Source: an uncultured Thermoplasmatales archaeon (GTDB taxonomy: Archaea > Thermoplasmatota > E2 > DHVEG-1). From it: a stretch of 17,589 bases of DNA. The stretch's first letter is position 1. The number at the start of each line of letters is the position of its first letter. The DNA is taken from the NCBI GenBank assembly GCA_964533085.1, contig CAZHIY010000011.1, forward strand, positions 1 through 17,589. Reading direction: 5' to 3'. The notes under the pieces were generated by a model. It did no database searches. It saw only the letters and a list, made by a program, of their open reading frames with translations, and was not told the DNA's origin. Shown here piece after piece: positions 1-7,773 of the stretch. The translations under genes and the position numbers were made by a program.

Positions 1-1
1 T

Positions 2-3000
2 CTTGATTGTTCAGCTTGTATTCTTACTCCTAAAATGGTTGATGTAGCCCGTCATCCTAACGTTGAACTTTTAACCTATTCTCAAGTTGTTGGAGTCGAT
101 GGTTATGTAGGCAATTTCAGTGTAAAAATCCAAAAGAATCCCCGGTATATTGATGTAGAAAAATGTACTGGTTGTGGTGAGTGTTTCGATGGCTGTCCAG
201 TTGAGATGCCAAATGAGTTTGATATGGGAAAAGGTACAAGACATGCAATATACACACCTTTCCCACAGGCTGTTCCACTAAAAGCAACAATCGATAAGCG
301 TGGTATGCATCCATGCAGAGATGTCTGTCCTGCTGGAGTTGGAGCACCTGGCTATGTAACACTTGTCGGTCGCGGTAAGTTTTATGAGGCCTTACGGGTA
401 ATTAAAGAACGTCTTCCATTCCCATCAGTTTGTGGAAGGGTATGTCATAGACCTTGTGAAGGTGCTTGTACCCGAAAAGATATTGACGAACCAATTGGAA
501 TTGCACATCTGAAACGGTTTGTTGGTGATTTAGAACTTCATATACCCGCAATGGAGAAACCTCCAATTGAGACTAGAGCAGAAAGTATTGCTGTAATTGG
601 GGGTGGACCTGCAGGTCTTACTGCTGCTCATGACCTCGCTCTTAAGGGATATCATATAACTGTATTTGAATCTGCACCTGTCTTAGGTGGTATGATGAGA
701 TGGGGCATTCCTGCTTTTCGTCTTCCAAAAGAAATAATCGAGCGTGAAATTTCAGATATTCTTGCTCTTGGTGTAAGGGTTCAACTCAATACTATGCTTG
801 GTAGGGATTTCACAATTCCAGATCTATTTAAACGAGGTCATAAAGCTGTCTTTTTAGCAGTTGGTGCGCAAAATGGAAAAAAGATGACCATTCCTGGTGA
901 GGAATTAGAGGGAGTATTCCAAGCAATTGACTTTTTAAAGGAAATAAATCTAGGAAAGATTATTTCCACTCCAATTGCAGAAATTGATGATGAACTTTGT
1001 ATTGGTTGTGGAAAATGTGCAGAAGCCTGCTACTTTGGAATAATTCATCTTGAACCTGATAAACTTGATCCGAAAAAACAGTATCCAACGATACATAAAA
1101 AATACCTATGTAAGGGCTGTGGTAAATGTGCTCGTGTTTGCCCCTCAAAAGCAATTAAACTTAGTGGTTTTAAAGATATTGCTCCTACAATTGGAAAGAA
1201 GGTTATGGTTATCGGTGGAGGTAATGCTGCACTTGATACTGCAAGGTCTGCATTAAGGTTAGGTGCCGAAGAAGTTGCTATTTTATATAGACGTACCCGT
1301 GAGGAGATGCCAGCAGAACCAGATTGGGAGATTGATGAAACTGAACTTGAAGGTGTTCAACTTGTTTATCTTGTTGCGCCAACGAAAGTAATTGGTGATG
1401 ACAAAGGTAGGGTAAAAGCAATAGAATGTGTAAGAATGGAGCTTCTTGATGAACTTGATAAAAGTAATAGACGTAGGATTAAACCAATTCCGGGCTCCGA
1501 GTTTACTCTTGATTGCGATAGTATAATTCTAGCAATTGGTCAAGAGGTTGATACTGATGTTTTATCAAAGGATGTTAAACTAGAAGTAACTCCATGGAGT
1601 TCTAAAAGAGTCGATCCTGCTTCGTTTCCAAAAAATGGAGTCGATGATATCGAATTGACACCCTGGAGCACTATCCACGCTGATCCTCTGACATTGCAAA
1701 CTAACATTAAAGGCGTTTTCAGTGGTGGAGATGCAGTATGGGGTGCCGGAACTATAATTGAGGCAATAGGTGCGGGAAAAGAAGCAGCAATATCAATTGA
1801 TAGGTATCTAAACGGGGAAGATATAAGAAAAGGACGTGAAGAAAAACCAGAAATCGCCAAGCCCTCTATTGAAGGCATTAGAAAGAAATCTAAAGTCCCA
1901 ATGCGATATATGAATGTTAAAGACAGAGTAAACAACTTCAAAGAAGTAGAACTGGGTTATACTGAGGAAGAGGCAATTGAGGAGGCTCAGCGTTGTTTAG
2001 ATTGTGGAGGGTGTTCTGAATGTTTCGAGTGCGTACAGACTTGTGAAGCTGGTGCAATTAATCATGATATGAAACCTGAGATAGTCGATGTTAATGTTGG
2101 AGCAATAGTTGTTGCAACTGGTTTTGACTTATTTGATCCATTAGCAAAACCTGAATATGGCTATGGTAAATACAAAAATGTAGTTACAGGTATTGAGTTC
2201 GAACGGTTGGTTTCTGCATCAGGTCCGACCAGTGGTCATATTGAGATAAAAGGTAAGGAACCAAAGAAGGTTGTTTTTATCCAATGTGTTGGTTCAAGAG
2301 ATAAAGAAACCAATGAATATTGTTCCCGTGTTTGTTGTATGTACACTGCTAAACAAGCTCATTTAGTAAAGGAAAAAATCCCAAATTCTGAACTGGTTAT
2401 ATATTACACAGATATGAGAGCCTTTGGTAAGGGCTTTGAGGAGTTTTATAATCGTGTTCAGGGAGAAGGTGTAACCTATAGACGTCGAGAGCTTGCTGAT
2501 CCAATTGAAGTAACAATGAAAGATGGAAAAACAATTGTAAAGGCTAAGGGACATCCTGATGTTGAAGCCGATCTTGTTGTACTTGCAACAGGTATTATTC
2601 CACGTTCAGACAGTCAGGAGCTCACTAGGATTTTAAATATTAATCAGAGTGCTGATGGATTCATGCTTGAAGCACATCCAAAGCTTCGACCAGTTGATAC
2701 CTTTACAGATGGTATTTTCCTTGCTGGTTGCTGTCAAAGCCCGAAAGATGTACCAGATACTGTTGCACAGGCTATGGGTGCTGCGTCTAGAGTAACTGAT
2801 ATTTTATCAAAGAAACAACTATTAATTGATGCAACTGTTGCAAATGTAAATGAGGCTTTGTGTCGTGGCTGTGGTATTTGTGTTGAGGCATGTCCTTATA
2901 AGGCTATCGAACTAACTGAAGTAGATCGTTTTGGTCATAGGGTACTAGTTGCAACAGTAAATGAAGCTCTCTGTAAAGGATGTGGTTCATGCTCTGCTGC

Positions 3001-3079
3001 TTGTTTAAATGGTGCCATAGGCCACCTTGGATTTACAGATGGTCAAATCCTTGCGATGATTAAGGCATTAGGGGATTGA
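2..3079 (+). CDS. HdrA-type heterodisulfide-reductase subunit A-like flavoprotein with embedded GltD/NfnB-like NAD(P)H oxidoreductase module and extra ferredoxin domains (5' partial, 'HdrL-like')
   Basis: The frame is open from base 2 (LDCSACILTPKMVDVARHPNVELL, the conserved HdrA DCSxCILxPKM motif). The gene therefore starts left of the window and the ATG at 35 in the ORF track is internal. HdrA hallmarks: CTGCGECFDGCP, PFPQAVP, VATGFDLFDP, FIQCVGSRD, CSRVCCMY, FLAGCCQSPKD, and a C-terminal 2x CxxCxxCxxxCP. A GltD/NfnB-type module lies between them: CGRVCHRPCEGACTR, IAVIGGGPAGLTAAHDLALKGY, GGMMRWGIPAFRLPKE, KVMVIGGGNAALDTARSALRLGA, GVFSGGDAV. Stop TGA at 3077-3079. Confidence 0.88.
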   Translation, partial: LDCSACILTPKMVDVARHPNVELLTYSQVVGVDGYVGNFSVKIQKNPRYIDVEKCTGCGECFDGCPVEMPNEFDMGKGTRHAIYTPFPQAVPLKATIDKRGMHPCRDVCPAGVGAPGYVTLVGRGKFYEALRVIKERLPFPSVCGRVCHRPCEGACTRKDIDEPIGIAHLKRFVGDLELHIPAMEKPPIETRAESIAVIGGGPAGLTAAHDLALKGYHITVFESAPVLGGMMRWGIPAFRLPKEIIEREISDILALGVRVQLNTMLGRDFTIPDLFKRGHKAVFLAVGAQNGKKMTIPGEELEGVFQAIDFLKEINLGKIISTPIAEIDDELCIGCGKCAEACYFGIIHLEPDKLDPKKQYPTIHKKYLCKGCGKCARVCPSKAIKLSGFKDIAPTIGKKVMVIGGGNAALDTARSALRLGAEEVAILYRRTREEMPAEPDWEIDETELEGVQLVYLVAPTKVIGDDKGRVKAIECVRMELLDELDKSNRRRIKPIPGSEFTLDCDSIILAIGQEVDTDVLSKDVKLEVTPWSSKRVDPASFPKNGVDDIELTPWSTIHADPLTLQTNIKGVFSGGDAVWGAGTIIEAIGAGKEAAISIDRYLNGEDIRKGREEKPEIAKPSIEGIRKKSKVPMRYMNVKDRVNNFKEVELGYTEEEAIEEAQRCLDCGGCSECFECVQTCEAGAINHDMKPEIVDVNVGAIVVATGFDLFDPLAKPEYGYGKYKNVVTGIEFERLVSASGPTSGHIEIKGKEPKKVVFIQCVGSRDKETNEYCSRVCCMYTAKQAHLVKEKIPNSELVIYYTDMRAFGKGFEEFYNRVQGEGVTYRRRELADPIEVTMKDGKTIVKAKGHPDVEADLVVLATGIIPRSDSQELTRILNINQSADGFMLEAHPKLRPVDTFTDGIFLAGCCQSPKDVPDTVAQAMGAASRVTDILSKKQLLIDATVANVNEALCRGCGICVEACPYKAIELTEVDRFGHRVLVATVNEALCKGCGSCSAACLNGAIGHLGFTDGQILAMIKALGD

Positions 3080-3100
3080 TTAGGAAGGAGGAATTGAAAA

Positions 3101-3577
3101 ATGGGTATAGATTTTAATGCAGACGAAGTTTTTGAAATAGCTGAACAAATTGAAAGAAACGGTGCAAAATTTTACAGATCTGTTGCAGAAAAGATTAAGG
3201 ATACAAATAAAAAACAGCTTTTAATAGATCTTGCAGAAATGGAGGATGAACACGAGGAGACATTTAAATCCTTAAGATCTGAACTCTCTATGGATCAAAA
3301 GATACAGACAACTTTTGATCCTGAGGGCGACTCTGAGCGTTATCTACGTGCTCTTGCCGATACACGCGTTTTCTATGAAAAGGATGTTGATACTACTTCA
3401 TTTAAGGAGATTTTAAAATCTGCGATAACTGCCGAGAAAGACTCAATTGTCTTTTATTTGGGAATGAAAGATGTTGTACCAGCACATATGGGAAAAGAGA
3501 AACTCGACGACATAATAAAAGAGGAAATGGGACATATAAGTCTTCTTAGTAAGGAGCTAATGGAGCTTAGACAATAA
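3101..3577 (+). CDS. Rubrerythrin/ferritin-like di-iron four-helix-bundle protein
   Basis: 158 aa. Two E...ExxH half-sites typical of ferritin-like di-iron proteins: AEQIERNGAKFY ... EMEDEHEETF and ITAEKDSIVFY ... IKEEMGHISLL. Strong SD (GGAAGGAGG) lies 8-16 nt upstream. Only 21 nt separate it from the upstream stop, so co-transcription with the HdrA-like gene is likely. Confidence 0.75.
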   Translation: MGIDFNADEVFEIAEQIERNGAKFYRSVAEKIKDTNKKQLLIDLAEMEDEHEETFKSLRSELSMDQKIQTTFDPEGDSERYLRALADTRVFYEKDVDTTSFKEILKSAITAEKDSIVFYLGMKDVVPAHMGKEKLDDIIKEEMGHISLLSKELMELRQ

Positions 3578-3603
3578 ATGTGATTTCTTAAATTTTCAAT
3601 TTC

Positions 3604-3613
3604 TTTTATATAT
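3604..3613 (+). promoter_or_regulatory. Candidate archaeal TATA box (TTTTATATAT) upstream of the PEPCK-like gene
   Basis: AT-rich box about 40 nt upstream of the ATG at 3652, preceded by T-tracts that could terminate the upstream operon and followed by a G-rich SD-like GGGGGGTAAAGGA. Sequence pattern only. Confidence 0.3.
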
Positions 3614-3651
3614 GAGAAAATAATACCAAGTTCCCGGGGGGTAAAGGATTT

Positions 3652-5565
3652 ATGACAAATACATTTGCTATCGAACCTGGAATAAATGTATTACAGGAAA
3701 ATGTTACACTTAATCCTGACGATAATTTTTATATAGATTTTCTGAAGTCCTATTATATCTTCACAAAGGACGGTCAATATCTTTTTGGCTCAACACAACC
3801 TGGCCGTAGACCAGATCGAGCTTTCTATATGATTCCTGAAAATTATAAACTTGGTAAAAAACAACAAAAATTTGATACAAAAATTGGAAAAAAAATCTAT
3901 GAAGTAGCCATGAAATATATTAAAGATGAAAAACCTCCATTGATTATACAGGATGGAATTCAAGGAGAGCATAGTTATGAGGTCGGGCTACGTTTTACTT
4001 GTAGTATAAAAAACCCGCATAATGCATATATTGCTTGGATGGGCAAGATGATGGTTTTTCCTCCTAAGAAAAACCTAGATATAGATTGTTGGAATTATTT
4101 AATTCAGGAAATACTTCCTGATAAATATGTAAAAGATATTCAAAGTATTTGGCCAGAGTATGATCCTAGTGTTCCTTTAACACTTTATGATCTTACTGAA
4201 ATGGATAAAAACATTAGACGGGTTATTTCTCTTGGGGTTGATTACTTTGGTGGAGCTTTTAAAAAACCTAATTTAACCATGGTTTGGAATAAAGCAGAAG
4301 CAGATGGTCTCATTTCATACCATGCTGGATGTACATCAGATCGTGTTTTAAAAGGATTAAGTGGTACTGGAAAGACTACTTTAACGGTCGGTCCAGAACT
4401 AGAACAGGATGATGCATGTCTAGGAAAACCTATTTTTAATAGTGATAATACAATCATTGAAACTAAATTGATTGGTCTGGAGGCTGCTAGTTTTGCAAAA
4501 TCTCAAGGACTTAATCGTGATAGCCCTGAGTATCCAGGGTTAATGAAATCAAGGGAAATTTCTAGTGATGGCAAAAGACCTATTGTTTTAGCAATGAATA
4601 TTGATTGTGAGGGAGCAGATTATATTACTAAAAAGATAAACGGTTATGAGGTTAGAGTTCCACAGAAAATACTTGGTGAGAAAATAGGGTCTTTACAATG
4701 TACAAAGTATGAAAAAAGTCGTACTACTAATGGTAGGTTTATCTTTTTATTTAGTGAATTAAATCCTGATTGGGGTAAGGATTGTGAGAAATCTTTAAAA
4801 AGTGAAGCATTAAGCTATAAGAAATATGATATTTTAGAACCAATTTTTAGGGTTGTTGACCCAAAGATGGCTGTAGCACTTGATAGTGGTTGTGAAAGTA
4901 TTATTACTTCTGCTATTTCAGCCCAGAAACCTGGTACGCGTGTTCGCTCTTATGCTGCGACTGATTTTATGGCTCGAGAGCAATCCCATCAAGCAATATT
5001 GAAATTAAAGATGTATAAAGATATGGATTTAGATTTGGATGGAAAATTAGTATTTTTTATCAATAATGCTGGTTTTGTTGGGGAATACGATTTTAAAGGT
5101 AATCAGATTAAAAAAATAGACAAAGATGGAAAACCAATTCCAAAAACAGATAGTGAAACTGGTGAAGTCCTTAAAAATGAATTAGGCGAAGTAATGTATA
5201 AAGGTCAGGGTGAAGGAATAAAAGTTGCAGACTCAAAAAGATTAATTGATCTGGTAGAGCATAGAAAGATTAAGAATTGGATCAAACATCCTGTTTTTGG
5301 TTATCTTATACCTGATTCAAAAGAACTTGAAGTAAAACATGGAATGAAGAATTTTGGTAAACGGTTTAATCCTCTTAATTATTACTCTCCAAAAAAATAT
5401 CTAGAATTCATTAAAAGAGATATTATGGAACGAACAGAGTTTCTTGAAGGCTTATTTAAGGGACAAGAAGGTGAAGAAAAACTAAAGGATATTATTTATA
5501 TCTGGAAGAAATGTAAAATCCCAAGTGAGCAAGAAATTAAAAATTTTTATGATACTTATTACTAG
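3652..5565 (+). CDS. Phosphoenolpyruvate carboxykinase (ATP)-family protein, divergent and enlarged (637 aa)
   Basis: Colinear with ATP-type PckA. Matching motifs: PGRRPDRAFYMI (cf. TGRSPKDKYIV), LRFTC...AYIAWMGKMMVFPP (cf. VRFIT...AHFVKNMFIRP), YFGGAFKKP (cf. WYGGEMKKG), ISYHAGCT (cf. ASMHCSAN), kinase-1a P-loop GLSGTGKTTL (nt 4354-4383), DD (cf. GDDEHGW), TTNGRFIF (cf. ENTRVSYP), FFINNAGF (cf. YLVNTGW). It carries several insertions relative to the roughly 540-aa bacterial enzymes. Confidence 0.7.
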   Translation: MTNTFAIEPGINVLQENVTLNPDDNFYIDFLKSYYIFTKDGQYLFGSTQPGRRPDRAFYMIPENYKLGKKQQKFDTKIGKKIYEVAMKYIKDEKPPLIIQDGIQGEHSYEVGLRFTCSIKNPHNAYIAWMGKMMVFPPKKNLDIDCWNYLIQEILPDKYVKDIQSIWPEYDPSVPLTLYDLTEMDKNIRRVISLGVDYFGGAFKKPNLTMVWNKAEADGLISYHAGCTSDRVLKGLSGTGKTTLTVGPELEQDDACLGKPIFNSDNTIIETKLIGLEAASFAKSQGLNRDSPEYPGLMKSREISSDGKRPIVLAMNIDCEGADYITKKINGYEVRVPQKILGEKIGSLQCTKYEKSRTTNGRFIFLFSELNPDWGKDCEKSLKSEALSYKKYDILEPIFRVVDPKMAVALDSGCESIITSAISAQKPGTRVRSYAATDFMAREQSHQAILKLKMYKDMDLDLDGKLVFFINNAGFVGEYDFKGNQIKKIDKDGKPIPKTDSETGEVLKNELGEVMYKGQGEGIKVADSKRLIDLVEHRKIKNWIKHPVFGYLIPDSKELEVKHGMKNFGKRFNPLNYYSPKKYLEFIKRDIMERTEFLEGLFKGQEGEEKLKDIIYIWKKCKIPSEQEIKNFYDTYY

Positions 5566-5650
5566 ATTGATTTTTGCAAGCTCATTTTAGATATTTAGCA
5601 AGTTTTTTAAACATTCTATTATTTAAAATCCTAAATATCGGAGGTTTGGA

Positions 5651-5899
5651 ATGGTAACAATAAAAGAAGTAAAAAGTACAATAGCCGTAGCTATTGCTGG
5701 TGCTTTTGGATTTATAATAGCTTTAATTTGGAAAGACATAATCATCGGTGCAATGAAAGTTTATGGTCTATGGCAAGATGGAGGATTTCCTGATGAAACA
5801 GCTTTGATAATCGGTATTGTAGTAGCAATAGTAATTACAATTGTTGCAGTTTTTGGTATCCTTTTCATAACAAAATGGGGCGGGGTAGAAAAAAAATAA
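5651..5899 (+). CDS. Small membrane protein, two predicted TM helices (function unknown)
   Basis: 82 aa. Two hydrophobic stretches: IAVAIAGAFGFIIALIW and LIIGIVVAIVITIVAVFGILFI. SD GGAGGT lies 6 nt upstream of the ATG. The GAFG-containing first helix loosely recalls MscL TM1 / DUF5654-type proteins, recalled from memory and not verified. Confidence 0.55.
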   Translation: MVTIKEVKSTIAVAIAGAFGFIIALIWKDIIIGAMKVYGLWQDGGFPDETALIIGIVVAIVITIVAVFGILFITKWGGVEKK

Positions 5900-5902
5900 A
5901 AA
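5889..5902 (-). terminator. Oligo-T tract downstream of tRNA-Gln(UUG) (archaeal-type terminator candidate)
   Basis: The minus strand reads TTTTTATTTTTTTT starting 14 nt after the tRNA 3' end. It overlaps the 3' end of the convergent small membrane-protein CDS. Confidence 0.35.
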
Positions 5903-5915
5903 TTATATCCTATAA

Positions 5916-5987
5916 CAGCCCTGAGCGGATTCGAACCGCTGTCGCTGGCTCCAAAGGCCAAAATGTTAACCGCTACACCACAGGGCT
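5916..5987 (-). tRNA. tRNA-Gln (anticodon UUG), no intron, CCA not encoded
   Basis: Minus-strand sequence folds as a cloverleaf: AGCCCTG TG GTGT AGCGGTTA ACAT T TTGGC CTTTGGA GCCAG CGAC AGCGG TTCGAAT CCGCT CAGGGCT G. 7-bp acceptor stem (A1-U72), anticodon loop C-U-UUG-G-A, T-loop TTCGAAT, discriminator G73. Confidence 0.93.
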
Positions 5988-6055
5988 ATTATATTTTTTA
6001 TTTTGGCAAATACAAATAATACTTATATACTTTTAACACTGATATCAAAATTTCT

Positions 6056-6220
6056 TTAATTCTTGTTTTGTTGCTGTTTTTGAATTTTTGCCCAAATATC
6101 CCTAAGAGTTGCTGTTCTGTTTATTATTAGTTTTTCATTTGTAGTATCTGGATCTATGCAGAAATAACCAAGACGTTCAAATTGAAATCTATCTAACGGT
6201 TTTAATTTTTTCAATTCTTG
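6056..6220 (-). other. glnS: In-frame continuation of glnS beyond the TAA at 6221-6223 (54 codons + TAA) encoding the conserved GlnRS C-terminus
   Basis: The codon directly after the TAA continues in the same frame: [54 protein letters not shown]. This matches the C-terminal end of bacterial GlnRS (E. coli ...[40 protein letters not shown], from memory). Confidence 0.85.
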
Positions 6221-7744
6221 TTAAATTTTACATGAATTGATTATTTCAAGTGAGTTGGGATTTAAAAAATCTTTAAAATCCTCATCTTTTTGTCCAGCTG
6301 GATCTTTTATTGTAAATAATCTTTCATAAAGTCGAACTTCAGCATCAATTGCACTTTCTGCTGATACCCAATGTATTGTTGCCCTTACCTTTCTTCCATC
6401 TGGTGCATATCCACCTTTTGTTGCGGGATCATATGTGCATCTTAACTCTATGATTTTATCATCTTTTTTAATTACTTCTTTGCATGTTATAAAATATGCA
6501 TACCTAAATCGTACCTCACGACCTGGAGCTAATCGATAGAACTTTTTTGGAGGATCCTCCATAAAATCATCTTGCTCGATATAAAGAACTTTTGAAAACG
6601 GAATTTTCCGCGTACCAGCATTTGGATCTTCCGGATTGTTAATTGCTTCGATTTCTTCTACTTGATCATCAGGATAATTTTCAATGACCACTTTTAATGG
6701 TCGTATTACACCCATAAATCGTAGGGCTGTTTTATTTAAATCCTCTCTAACAAAATGTTCAAGAAAATCAAAGTCGACCATGCTGTTTACTTTTGCTACT
6801 CCAATTCTTTTACAGAAATTCCTAATTGAGCTTGGAGAGTATCCACGTCTTCGCATACCAGAAATAGTAGGTAATCTTGGATCATCCCATCCCTTTACAT
6901 ATTTACCATCAACCAATTCTAGTAACATTCTTTTGCTCATTACTGTGAATGTTAGATTTAATCGGGCAAACTCAATTTGTTGTGGATGATATACATTTAG
7001 AGCATCAAGGAACCAATCATAAAGAGGTCTATGGTTCTCAAATTCAAGAGTACAGATAGAATGTGTTATACCCTCTATTGAATCTTCAAGACCATGTGCC
7101 CAGTCATACATTGGATAGATGCACCATTTATCCTTCGTGCGATGATGCGAAGCATGTAATATTCTATACATTATTGGATCCCGCATGTTAAGATTAGGAT
7201 GACTCATGTCAATTTTCGCTCGAAGTACTTTTTCTCCATCTCCAAATTCACCTGCTTTCATTCGGTCAAAAAGATTAAGATTTTCTTCTACACTCCGATC
7301 ACGATTCGGACTATTTTCTCCAGGAGTTGTTGTTGTTCCTCTATACCAAGAAATTTCTTCTGCGGATAAATCATCAACGTATGCTTTCCCGTCTTTTACT
7401 AGTTTTACAGCGTATTCATACATTTGATCAAAATAGTCTGAACCAAAAAGTAATCGGTCATCCCAATCAAATCCTAGCCATCGAACATTTTCAATAATTG
7501 ATTTAACATATTCCTCTTCTTCTTTTGTAGGATTTGTATCATCAAATCGAAGATTACACAAACCTCCATAATCCTCAGCAATTCCAAAATTTAAACAAAT
7601 AGACTTTGCATGACCGATATGAAGATAACCATTTGGCTCAGGCGGAAACCTTGTATGTACACGACCTTCATACTTATTGGTTTTTAAATCTTCATCAATA
7701 ATCTCTCGAATAAAATCTTTAGAAATATTATTTGTTTTTTGCAT
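6221..7744 (-). CDS. glnS: Glutaminyl-tRNA synthetase, bacterial type (as called, ends at an in-frame TAA; see 6056-6220)
   Basis: Class I aaRS motifs HIGH ([11 protein letters not shown]) and KMSKS-type (FTVMSKR). Long GlnRS-specific runs: [82 protein letters not shown]. The start is placed at ATG 7744 ([20 protein letters not shown]) because the longer ORF-track start (7831) reads through the upstream tRNA gene. Confidence 0.92.
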   Translation of the reverse strand: MQKTNNISKDFIREIIDEDLKTNKYEGRVHTRFPPEPNGYLHIGHAKSICLNFGIAEDYGGLCNLRFDDTNPTKEEEEYVKSIIENVRWLGFDWDDRLLFGSDYFDQMYEYAVKLVKDGKAYVDDLSAEEISWYRGTTTTPGENSPNRDRSVEENLNLFDRMKAGEFGDGEKVLRAKIDMSHPNLNMRDPIMYRILHASHHRTKDKWCIYPMYDWAHGLEDSIEGITHSICTLEFENHRPLYDWFLDALNVYHPQQIEFARLNLTFTVMSKRMLLELVDGKYVKGWDDPRLPTISGMRRRGYSPSSIRNFCKRIGVAKVNSMVDFDFLEHFVREDLNKTALRFMGVIRPLKVVIENYPDDQVEEIEAINNPEDPNAGTRKIPFSKVLYIEQDDFMEDPPKKFYRLAPGREVRFRYAYFITCKEVIKKDDKIIELRCTYDPATKGGYAPDGRKVRATIHWVSAESAIDAEVRLYERLFTIKDPAGQKDEDFKDFLNPNSLEIINSCKI

Positions 7745-7773
7745 ATTTATTTCACTATCCCACCTTATTTCTA

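Noticed and set aside
6221-6223. Genome-wide reassignment of TAA to an amino acid (for example Gln) as the explanation for the in-frame stop in glnS
   Set aside because: Other genes in the window terminate convincingly at TAA (3575-3577, 5897-5899, 11166-11168, 13965-13967, 16205-16207), with homology ending there. TGA and TAG are also used as stops. The two tRNA-Gln genes carry normal UUG/CUG anticodons, not UUA. A local event (error, mutation or readthrough) is more plausible.
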